A stretch of DNA of 33,830 nucleotides from Octopus sinensis. Taxonomy: Eukaryota. Location of the stretch: contig NW_021832115.1 of the NCBI RefSeq assembly GCF_006345805.1, positions 1 through 33,830 on the forward strand, in the 5' to 3' direction. Of the stretch, positions 1 to 9,840 are shown one piece after another. The notes below the pieces were generated by a model that saw only the letters and a list, made by a program, of their open reading frames with translations, was not told the origin of the DNA and did no database searches. Position 1 is the stretch's first letter, and every line of letters starts with the position of its first letter. The position numbers and the translations under genes are program-made.

Positions 1-66
1 GAACGTAGCGGCAGATGAAATACCATTAAGCATTTCGCCCGGCGTGCTAAGGGTTCTGCTAGCTCC
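1..66 (-). mobile_element. Head fragment of tRNA-derived SINE family 2 (cut by window edge)
   Basis: GAACGTAGCGGCAGATGAAATACCATTAAGCATTTCGCCCGGCGTGCTAA matches the copies at 7306-7377 and 7095-7155. Confidence 0.7.
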
Positions 67-69
67 AGG

Positions 70-450
70 ACATATCAGACCCAAATATTCTACATTTTTT
101 TATGTCCAAGTTGGCCAGATCCAGCCTCTCACACCTACCCTACAATGTCATTCTAAAACAGAAAACCATCCCATTACTGAAATCTGAAAGCTTTGAGATA
201 ATACAGGATTAACAGAAAACTCTGTGAATGAAGAAGCATTAGATTTAACAGAATAATCTGAATGCTTAAAGGCTTAATCCAGTCATGTCCACATCAGATA
301 TTCAACTCTCATTTATGTTCTGACCAGCTGGATCTGTCCTCTCACACTTACCCTACAATGTCATTCTGAAAATAAACAATGACATCACTGAAATCTCAAA
401 GCTATGAGATAATCCAGGATTAACTCAAAACAATGTGAATAAATAAGCAA
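70..450. repeat. Two tandem diverged copies of an interspersed repeat, possibly a TTAA-ended (piggyBac-type) MITE
   Basis: CTCTCACACYTACCCTACAATGTCATTCT...TGAAATCT..AAGCT.TGAGATAAT occurs at about 126-210 and 340-420; copy 1 ends AATCTGAATGCTTAAAGGCTTAA at about 277. Family assignment is from memory. Confidence 0.5.
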
Positions 451-457
451 CAGAGGA

Positions 458-1060
458 CAAAGGTCACGATCCAGTGTCAAGTTGATCACAGAACTTGAGG
501 CGATCCAACGAAGCTACACGAAGAAGATAGCCTCTGTGCAGCATATAAGCAACTGGGAAAGACTCAAGAGATTAAAACTCTATTCCTTAGAGCGTAAGCG
601 AGAAAGATATGCCATAATATACATCTGGAAGATCCTGGAAGGACTTGTCCCAAACTTTGGCATCGAGAGTTACACAAATGCCAGAACTGGGCGCCACTTC
701 GTGGTGCCAAGGACTCCAAATTTGCCATCAAGATGTAGGACAAGATACTGTGATAGCCCTTCAGAGGCCCACAGCTCTTCAATATCATCCCGAAGAACCT
801 GAGGGACCTGCATGGGGTGGATGCGGATGTCTCTAAAGTAGGACTGGATCTCTTCCTGTCAGGTGTCCCGGATGAACCAACTTCACGGCAGGAGGTGCAG
901 ATGAGGGCAGCTGCGTCGAACTTTCTCATGCACCAAATGGCAGTTGCTAAAAAGCATTCCTGAAGTAAAATCATGTAGCAACACCAAATGGTGGTGCCCC
1001 AGCATGGCCACAGCTCGTGAGCTGAAACTAGATAAAATAAAATAAATAAAATAAAATAAA
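458..1060 (+). mobile_element. 5'-truncated CR1/L2-group LINE: ORF2 C-terminus, short 3' UTR and (TAAAA)n tail
   Basis: LEAIQRSYTKK..WERLKRLKLYSLERKRERYAIIYIWKIL is the typical post-RT region. After a frameshift near 768 it continues FRGPQLFNIIPKNLRDL..LDLFLSGVPDEP..RAAASN to TGA 961-963, then an A-rich tail at 1031-1060. Confidence 0.85.
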
Positions 1061-1314
1061 GGGATCTGAGAACCAAAGACTTAACGATGACGACGATGAT
1101 GATGTTGATGATTAAGGTAATAACGATAATTACAGACGTAAAGAAACTACTTGAGCCGAGCACTCCAGAGAAATCAACTCCCCTCTTGTGAGATAAAATA
1201 TCGCAGGACATGTTGTTTCACGACAAAAACAGAGAAAACCCTTGAACCTCCTCACTCTGTCTGTGCGTCAGCGACTGGTTGGAGAAAGATCGGCTGTTTA
1301 TCTATTTTATCTTT

Positions 1315-1495
1315 CGGTTGTTTACAGCCATTGGGCTGTGGGCCATACTGGGGCAACGCTTTGGAGGGTCTTAGTTGAACAAATCGACACCCCCTACTTA
1401 CGTCCTATTTTACGATGTCTGGTACTTGTTCTATCACTTTCCTTTGCCGAATTGCTAAGTCAAGGGGACGTAAACAAACCAAGCAGTGATGGGTG
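1315..1495 (-). mobile_element. Degenerate 3' half of SINE family 1
   Basis: GTTGAACAAATCGAC..GCCGAATTGCTAAGT..GGGGACGTAAAC aligns to the intact copy at 2526-2927. Confidence 0.65.
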
Positions 1496-1514
1496 ACAAA
1501 CACAAACACCAAGG

Positions 1515-1612
1515 CACGCGGGCCTGACGAAGCCTTCCAGCTTCACAGACCCCAGTTGACCCGTCCAACCCATGCTAGCAAGGAAAGCGGACGCTAAACG
1601 ATGATGATGATG
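1515..1612 (+). mobile_element. RTEX-like LINE 3' tail with (GAT)n
   Basis: CCGTCCAACCCATGCTAGC..GGACGCTAAACGATGATGAT matches the 3' end of the LINE at 31446-32880. Confidence 0.8.
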
Positions 1613-1780
1613 ATATATATATGTATATATATATACATATAATAAACATATATTATATATCTATATATTAATATATATGTATATATGTATGTATATATGT
1701 GTAAATATATATATATACATATATATATATGTGCAAACAGAAATAGATAGATAGATATATACATACATACATATACATAC

Positions 1781-2185
1781 ATGGCTGTGTGGTAAGTAGC
1801 TTGCTTACCAACCACATGGTTTTGGGTTCATTCCCACTGCGGGTCACCTTGGCCAAGTGTCTTCTAGTATAGCCTCAGGCCGACCAAAGCCTTGTGAGTG
1901 GATTTGGTAGACGGAAACTGAAAGAAGCCTGTCGTATATATGTATATATATATATGTATGTGTGTGTGTTTGTGTGTCTGTGTTTGTTTGTCTGTTTGTC
2001 CCCCAACATCGCTTGACAACCGATGCTGGTGTGTTTATGTCCCCGTAACTTAGCGGTTCGGCAGAAGAGACCAATAGGTTAAGTACTAGGCCTGCAAAGA
2101 CTAAATCCTGGGGTCGATTTGCTCGATTAAAAGGCGGTGCTCCAGCATGGCCGCAGTCAAATGACTGAAACAAGCAAAGAGAGAG
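1781..2185 (+). mobile_element. tRNA-derived SINE family 1, near full length
   Basis: A-box-like TGGCTGTGTGG, B-box-like GGTTCATTCCC, internal TA/TG microsatellite, 3' tail GGTGCTCCAGCATGGCCGCAGTCAAATGACTGAAAC; many copies in the window. Confidence 0.9.
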
Positions 2186-2525
2186 TATACATAAAGTATA
2201 TCTATCTATTTATATATAAGTTCAGCAAACAATTTAGATTCAAATGAATATGGTACTTAATTTTGTGAACTTAATTTTGTCTGTTTGGTATCCCACTTCA
2301 TGTTCCTGAATTTCATATCTACATCTTTATCTGTATATTTACCTTCCCTAAGATGTTACTAATTGATCTGAGAACTTTATATTATTGGAAAACCTATATA
2401 AAATTAGCTGAAGATTACTCGACATATTAAATCTGCTGTAATATTTCCAGCTTTAATAAATTGTTGTAGTATGAAACAATTGTACTAAATTACCGGATCC
2501 ATTCTTGTTGCTTATTAATTATATA

Positions 2526-2927
2526 CTCTTTACTCTTTTACTTGTTTCAGTCATTTGACTGCGGCCATGCTGGAGCACCACCTTTTTAGTCGAGCAAATC
2601 GACCCTGGGACTTATTCTTTGTAAGCCCAGTACTTATTCTATCGGTCTCTTTTGCCGAACCGCTAAGTGACGGGGACGTAAACACACCAGCATTGGTTGT
2701 CAAGCAATGCTAGGGGGACAAACACAGACACACACACACGTATATATATATATATACATATATACGACAGGTTTCTTTCAGTTTCTGTCTACCAAATCCA
2801 CTCACAAGGCATTGATCGACCTGAGGCTATAGCAGAAGACACTTGCCCAAGATGCCATGCAGTGGGACTGAACCCGGAACCATGTGGTTGGTTAGCAAGC
2901 TACTTACCACACAGCCACTCCTGCGCC
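2526..2927 (-). mobile_element. SINE family 1, full length
   Basis: Reverse complement of the 1781-2185 copy; head begins GGCGCAGGAGTGGCTGTGTGG at 2927. Confidence 0.9.
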
Positions 2928-3368
2928 TATATATATATATAGATAGATAGATACATACATACATAAGACAAGGGCAAGAAGAGAGGGTGCACATATGGGA
3001 GAAAGAAAAAGGGGGAAAAACTGCATGTATATTTGTGTGTGAGAGAGGTGGAGAGAGAAAGAGATAGACAAAGAGATAGATAAAGAGAGAGAGAGAGAGA
3101 GGGAGGAGCGAGCTCCAAACTATACATGGGAAAATTTCTCAGGAAAGCCATCTGCATAGAAAACATATAGTTAAGAGTAAGGGTGTGGGGGGGTAGGCTG
3201 TAGGTAGGACCTGAGATCCCCCATAACAAATTCTAATTGATAAAGGTCACCAGTAACAAAGGGGGGAAATATTTGATCCCCCTCCTTCGTTAGCACAAAA
3301 ATCATCATTAATGATGTTTGTCTTCAATGAAGTCAATTAGCTTCACCTCTAATTAGGAAAACAAAACA

Positions 3369-3731
3369 GGGGTGTCTGTGTGGTAAGAAGCTTGCTTCTC
3401 AACCACATCAGTTCTGGGTTCAGTCCCACTACATGGGGCCAAGTGTCTTCCTAACTATACCTCAGGCCAAATTGTGAGATTTGGAGACAGAAACTGGAAG
3501 AATATCTATATATGTGTAATATATATATATGTATGTGTTGTGTCTGTGTCCCCCTAGCATTGCTTGACAACCGATACTGGTGTGTTGGTCAGTAACTTAC
3601 GTTCGGCAAAAGAGCCGATAGAATAGGTACTGGGCTTACAAAAATAAGTCCCCGGGTCGAGTTGCTCGACTAAAGGCGGTGCTCCAGCATGGCCACAGTC
3701 AAATGACTGAAACAAGTAACAGAGTAAAGAG
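3369..3731 (+). mobile_element. SINE family 1, diverged
   Basis: Head GTCTGTGTGGTAAGAAGCTTGC..GGTTCAGTCCC and tail CAGTCAAATGACTGAAAC. Confidence 0.85.
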
Positions 3732-3849
3732 TATATATACACATAACCGAAGAGATGGTGTTGTGGATTTCCACTTCGGCATCTGAAACTCAGAGTTTTA
3801 TCTTGACTATTGAGTATTTGTAACATATTATTTTATAGATATATACATA

Positions 3850-4258
3850 TCTTTATATATAAAACTGAAGTTGTGTGAGTGTCTGTCTCCTACGATTTAG
3901 ATTCCTAACTACTCCCACATTTTGCGGTGCAGTTTAACCAAAACCGGGTATCTTATAGTAGTGATTCATATCGAGCCCTTCTGGGTATTAGCGCGCGTCT
4001 ACGATGAGTCTACGATTTAAAAAAAAATTTACCATAATTTTTTGCCATTTTAATACATTTTTTTTCGCTATTATATAAGGGAAGTAACTCTCTAAAAGTG
4101 TCTACGATGAGTCAACGATTTAAAAAAAAATTTACCATAATTTTTTTTTCCATTTTTAATGCATTTTTTTTGGCTATAACTCTCTAAAAATGCTTAAGTA
4201 CAGAAAAAATATAGTTATTTCCCTTACAAACCCGAGCAACGCCGGGCGATACTGCTAG
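3850..4258 (+). mobile_element. Non-autonomous Helitron, copy A
   Basis: 5' TC follows host A (3849); 3' hairpin CCCGAGCAACGCCGGG then CTAG (4255-4258) followed by host T; no target-site duplication. Confidence 0.85.
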
Positions 4259-4996
4259 TATATATAGACATATGCACACACACACATATGTATTACTCCC
4301 TTTCTTCCAAGCTATTTACCATTCTGTCTATTTCTTTATCTCTCTCTCCATCTATCTGTTTGCCTTGCTCTCTACCTATGTCCTACTTTTTATCTCTCTC
4401 TCTCCCTCTCTATATATATATATATTTGATACATATATATACCCTCACACACATCTACTTCTACCCGTTTCACCATTTATTTCCCCCCTACTCTCTCTCT
4501 CTCTCTCTCTTTATCTCCATCCATCGACATATCCATGTACCTATCTATCTACTTATCTGCCGATCGATCTTTCTGTCTCTGTCCTCCTCCTCTCCACGCA
4601 AACACACTTAAATCACTCCTCATTCCCCCCCTTTCTCCTCCCCACGTGACAGCAGACCTCTTTGATGTATTTATCTCTGTTCTTCTCTTCTTCTTTCCCA
4701 GCCCACCCCAACACCCCACCGGCGGCGGCGTCGGCGTCACCCTCCACTCTACTGCACCAAATACCCATCCTTATCTGACCCTATCACACCATCAACCACC
4801 AAACCACCACCGCCACTTTTCCCCTGCCCCACTTAAGAGATAAACCACCCAACAAGCAGAAACAAATCACAGCCACAGAGGAAAAAATAAAGAGACACCA
4901 CCTCCGCCGCCGCCATCAACAGCTCAACCTACCTTCATGTCCACCACCACCACTGTCAACATGGGATGGTCGTAGCTTCATTCTTTTTATCCAGTA

Positions 4997-5351
4997 CTAG
5001 CAGTATCGCCCGCGTTGCTCGGGTTTGTAAGGGAAATAACAATATAAGCATTTTTAGAGAGTTATAGCCAAAAAATGCAATAAAAAATGATGGTAAATTT
5101 TTTTTAAATGGTAGACATTTTTAGAGTTACTTTCCTTATATAATATCGAAAAAATGCATTAAAATGGAAAAAAATGATGGTAAATCTTTTTTTAAATCGT
5201 AGACGCGCGCTAATACCCAGAAGGGCTCGATATGAATCACGACAATAAGATACCCGGTTTTGGTTAAACTACACCGCAAAATGTGGGAGTAGTTAGGAAT
5301 CTAAATCGTAGGAGACAGACACTCACACAACTTCACTTTTATATATAAAGA
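4997..5351 (-). mobile_element. Non-autonomous Helitron, copy B (inverted relative to A)
   Basis: Same termini on the minus strand (TC at 5351-5350, CTAG at 5000-4997, A|T target); internal sequence is the reverse complement of copy A with indels. Confidence 0.85.
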
Positions 5352-5454
5352 TTCTACACTTGCTGCAGTTATTAGGCTGCGGCCATGCCGGAGCACACAG
5401 CCTTGAAAAATTGTTTTTAATCTAATGGAATCGACCTAATATCTTTATATTTTA

Positions 5455-6586
5455 TCTTTTACTTGTTTCAGTCATTTGACTGCGGCCATGCTGGAGCACC
5501 GCCTTTAGTCGAGCAAATCGACCCCGGGACTTATTCTTTGTAAGCCCAGTACTTATTCTATCGGTCTCTTTTTGCCGAACCGCTAAGTGACGGGTATGTA
5601 AACACACCAGCATCGGTTGTCAAGCAATGCTAGGGGGACAAACACACACACACATATATATATATACATATATACGACAGGCTTCTTTCAGTTTCCGTCT
5701 ACCAAATCCACTCACAAGGCTTTGGTCGGCCCGGGGCTATAGTAGAAGACACTTGCCCAAGGTGCCACGCAGTGGGACTGAACCCGGAACCATGTGGTCG
5801 GTTAGCAAGTTACTTACCACACTCCTGTGCCTAATAGTTTATTTTTGTTTTAAAACCAGGTCTCTTTTTGCGGAACCGCGAAGTTACTGTGACGTAAACA
5901 TAACAACACCGGTTTGTTGAGAAGTTGGGAGTGCGACAAAGACACACTTGCATATGCACATATCTTTTACCTGTCACTGGTTTCAGTCATTTGACCGTGG
6001 CCATGCTGGAGTATTGATTACATCAAAGGGGTCATTTCAAACAAATTAACTCCAGGGACTCTATTTTTTCAAAGCCTAGAACTTATTCTAGTCTCTTGCT
6101 AAACATCTAATTTACGGGGTCGTAAACACATCACCATCAGTTATCCGGGACAAACACAGACATGATACATACGTTGGGCTTCTTTCAGTTTCCATCTACC
6201 AAATCCACTTAAAGCTCTGGTTGGCCTGAGGCCATAGAAGACACCTGCCAAAGGTACCAACGGGACTGAACCTGGAACCATGTGGTTGGGAAGCAAACCA
6301 ATCACTTTTGTTTGTCATTTGACTGTGGCCATGCTGGAGCACCGCCTTTAGTTGAACAAATCAACCCCAATACTTATACTATTAGTCTCTTTTTGCCAAA
6401 CAGCTAAGTTATGGGGGCTACAGAGACACATATATGACGGGCTTCTTTCAGTTTCTGTCTACCAAATCCACACACAAGGCTTTACTCTGCCTGAGGCTAT
6501 AGTAGAAGACTCTTGCCCAAGGTGCCATGCAGTGGGATTGAACCTAGAACCATGTGGTTAGGAAGCAAGCTACTTACCACACAGAC
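5455..6586 (-). mobile_element. Cluster of three co-oriented SINE family 1 copies (about 5455-5830, 5975-6300, 6310-6586)
   Basis: Each has CAGTCATTTGAC..GGCCATGCTGGAG, then CTTCTTTCAGTTTC..TACCAAATCCAC, then GAACC..GAACCATGTGG. Confidence 0.85.
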
Positions 6587-6652
6587 AAAATATAGGAACA
6601 TAAAGGAAAAACTTTAATTATCACTAATTGTGACTGAATAGCAATTTATATA

Positions 6653-6883
6653 CAGGGTTGGCCAGAAGTCACCCAACAGTAAACCAAATTCCATAAATAC
6701 CGTCTGTGATTCTGTATTAACTGGAATGGAAAAATGGTGTCACTCAAGGACCCCAGTTTGAACAATTTTCATGATGTTTCATATTTAGATGCTTTTATTA
6801 AAATTCATTCAGTTGTTAAACTTAAATAAATCTTGGAATTAAATGGGTTTGATTTACTGTCAGCCGACTTCTGGCCAACCCTG
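6653..6883. mobile_element. Tc1/mariner-type MITE, 231 bp
   Basis: Perfect 18-bp TIR CAGGGTTGGCCAGAAGTC / GACTTCTGGCCAACCCTG with imperfect extension, and TA at both ends (6651-6652, 6884-6885). Confidence 0.9.
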
Positions 6884-6959
6884 TAATGTATAGACATAAA
6901 TTGCTAGTTAGCCCCTTAATCACAATTCATGATCAAAACAGCCCCATTGAATATTCTTA

Positions 6960-7378
6960 TCTCCTCTAAGCACAAGGCACAAAATTTCTGGGAAGGGAGC
7001 CAATCGATTAGATCAACCCCAGCACACAAATGGTACTTAATTTATTGACCCCGAAAGGATGAAAGGTAAAGTCAACCTTGGCGCAATTTGAACTCAGAAT
7101 GTAAAGACAGACGAAATACCAGTGAGCATTTTGCCCATCATGTTTAACATTTCTTATTTCTTTATTGCCCACAAGGAGCTAAATATAGAGGGGTCAAACA
7201 AAGGGATTAAGTCGACTACACCAACCCCAGTGCATAACTTGGTATTTATTTAATCGATCCCCGAAAGGATGAAAGGCAAAGTCGACGTCGGCGGAATTTG
7301 ACCTCAGAACGTAACGACAGACGAAATACTGCTAAGCATTTCACCTGGCATGCTAACGTTTCTGCCAGCTCACCGCTT
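6960..7378 (-). mobile_element. Two tandem copies of SINE family 2 (about 6960-7155 and 7156-7378)
   Basis: Shared core GACCCCGAAAGGATGAAAGG.AAAGTC.AC..GGCG.AATTTGA.CTCAGAA; the minus strand contains B-box-like GAGTTCAAATT. Confidence 0.85.
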
Positions 7379-8424
7379 TCAATATTACAGGTCAAATGAC
7401 CCTGCTGAAAATTCCTCTCTCCCTTATATTTTTTCTTCCTTCTTTTTAATCCTTATTTCCCTCTATATTTGAATTCTCCCCTCCTACTCTGCACATTCTG
7501 ATTGAACCTTCCAGGTGTTAACAGGTACCTCTTTACAACAATGCAAACTTCCATTCAATTAAGATATCCCTCACCTGAAGAATAGCCTCTGGTATACACC
7601 TCACCTAAGATATTTACCACTTCTGAGGTTCCGCTTGCTATGAAAGACACATAGCCTGGATCTCATCTACTTCATTCCTCATTAAAACTGTAGTTTCTGT
7701 CCAGGTAAACTGACTTCCGATTCCTCAAAGATTTCCGAACTAGTGGCAAAGAAAAAAGCCACCTCAGAAAAGGGGTTTGTTTATCCCCCAACGACATGAT
7801 TACTACGCTAGATAGGGATGATGCTTTAGCTTTACCAATGACCCAAAGGCTGCATATCCTGTAACTTCCACCACTAAGATCAACTGTAAATCAAATAGCC
7901 AATGCTATCAGGATATCCCGTGAGGGAGTTGAGAATATTCTGCACAAAGAACTTGGTTCCTGCTCAATGGGTGCCACACATCTTGACACCTGATCAACAA
8001 ACCACAGGAAAATCTGACATTGTCTGAAGCAAATCCAGCTGGTTTCCTTGAGGCAGGGATAATCCCTGCAGCAGAAACACCCCTCCTCACCGGCTCCAAA
8101 AAAGGCCATGGTCGTTTCACTTGCCTCAGTTCTTTGGGGTGCAAAAGGCATTATACTTATTTGCTTTTTTTGTTCGAAAGAGCCACACAATCAATGGAGA
8201 ATACTATATTGGAAAACGAACTTCATTTAGACACCGTTGATGGCCCATCGATGACCATGAACCTTACAGCTGACCCTCATAATCCCGTGACTGTAACCCT
8301 TGAAGAGGCACTGCAGAAGAAAGACTCTACAGTAATCCTTCACCATATCACTGTTCATCTACCAAGCCCTCAGTACATCAGGGATTTTCCTGGTCAATAT
8401 ATGTAAATTAATACCACAGACCTC

Positions 8425-8610
8425 TGCAGTTGTCCATGCTGGCATCGGTTGGACACAGGTAAGCTGAGGGGCTGCACTAGACTCCAGTCTGATTCAACAC
8501 GGTTTCTATGGCTGGATGCCGTTCCTAATGCCAACCACTCCGAGTGTAGCGGGTACTTTTTATGGGCCACCAGCACGGGGGCCAGTCAGGCGGTACTGGC
8601 AATGCCTTCA
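8425..8610 (-). mobile_element. Degenerate RTEX-like 3' UTR fragment
   Basis: GCTGGATGCCGTTCCTAATGCCAACCACTCCGAG matches 31561-31596. Confidence 0.75.
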
Positions 8611-8961
8611 CTTGGATGGTGCTCTTGGCACAAGGATTACATTTGATAGCAATATAAACGTTAAAGGGGGCTTCTATGGCCACTCCTCCATGCTTCAAGG
8701 GGACAGACAGCATTTCAGCAAAGCAGTCTCTTTTGCAGTTAGACGTCCCTCCTGTCACCAATCCTCCTTTTACTGGTTTCAGGGCTCTCACTGCCTTGAA
8801 AGAAGGAACCCCAGTACTTACCTGGTGCTTATTCTATCAATCTCTTTTCCAGAACTGCCAAGTGTAAACAAACCAACAGCAGTTGTGACGGGTGGGGGAC
8901 AAACAGACAGAAAAGCGAAGAAAAACACAAAGACATTGTTGAGTTAGGAAATAAATAACAG

Positions 8962-9128
8962 TTTATTTTTGTCAACAAATAATTAGTAGTTATTACTAAT
9001 AGCATCAACACCACAACATCACATTGCCTATGTGAAATCTCATCAGTTCCCTTGCCCGACCGAGACCGCATCTGTCTCCGCGGCTGTAGAACACACAGTT
9101 ATCTGACAACTGCTCCGAATGTTTTATT
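8962..9128 (-). terminator. Candidate poly(A) signals for the distal terminal exon
   Basis: AATAAA on the minus strand at 9128-9123 and 8967-8962, 650-800 nt downstream of the TGA at 9773. Confidence 0.4.
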
Positions 9129-9772
9129 CGCGCTCACCTCGCCTGAAGTCCTGCTACGCAACACTGTTGCAGCCCTGCTCTGACCGACCACAAAGGAAGG
9201 ACAGAGGGACAGGCCTGAGAGCTCTAGGCCGAACCACAGTTCCACTGGACCCGGACAGCCCTTCAAAAAACCACCAGAAGCAGAGTTGGGGGGAAGGAAA
9301 AAAAAAAAAAAAAAAAAAAAAAAGCTTCCAGCAAAATTCCCTGCCAAAACTCGGCGCCGTTGTTATCACCATGCTAATGACCACCACCGCCTAAACAGAA
9401 CATCGGGTGTGCATGTGTGTGCATTGCATATATAAATATATATATTATATTTACAAACTAGTATTTAGTTTATGTTACAGGGTGTGTGTGTATATATGAT
9501 ATATATATACTACATATATAATATATAGGGGTAGTAGAGGCGGCTGTGTGCATAATCCCTCCCACCCGCAGGGCTGTTGGTGATGGAAACCACAAGGAAA
9601 ATCCTGAGCAAGCAACAGCACCGGGGTGGGGGATGCTATATTCCAGTTCCGGGTCATATCCATCCCCCCCCTGGCTTGAGGAAGGGGAGCAATGACCAGC
9701 AGTGCAGGAAGCAGCCAACCCAGTCCTGGGGTACTTCCAAGACATTGTATTTAAAGTCCTCCTCCGCCCCCA

Positions 9773-9840
9773 TCACATGATCTCCACCACGGAACACTCC
9801 TCATCCTCATCTGTATCTCTGTAAATCACAACTTTGGAAT
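9773..9840 (-). CDS. Terminal coding exon (phase 1): xSKVVIYRDTDEDEECSVVEIM*; probably a distal last exon of the Myc-like gene
   Basis: Strong acceptor: GACTAAT branch point, about 25 nt of pyrimidines, then TTGCAG. Phases 0 and 2 stop within 4 and 10 codons; phase 1 gives 21 codons then TGA. I found no other convincing upstream coding exon between 9845 and 16900. Confidence 0.6.

Noticed and set aside
564-1211. 215-aa minus-strand ORF
   Set aside because: Antisense to the CR1-type LINE and crosses simple repeats.
1781-1860. tRNA-like sequences
   Set aside because: SINE heads with A/B boxes but no complete cloverleaf; not tRNA genes.
8080-8144. RPWPFLEPV resembling a bromodomain motif
   Set aside because: No following YxxxIxxPMDL; isolated match in degraded sequence.
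9154-9260. Further phase-1 terminal exon candidate (RLSGSSGTVVRPRALRP..)
   Set aside because: Weak GAAG acceptor; the pyrimidine run is a poly-T tract; better explained as 3' UTR of the 9840 exon.
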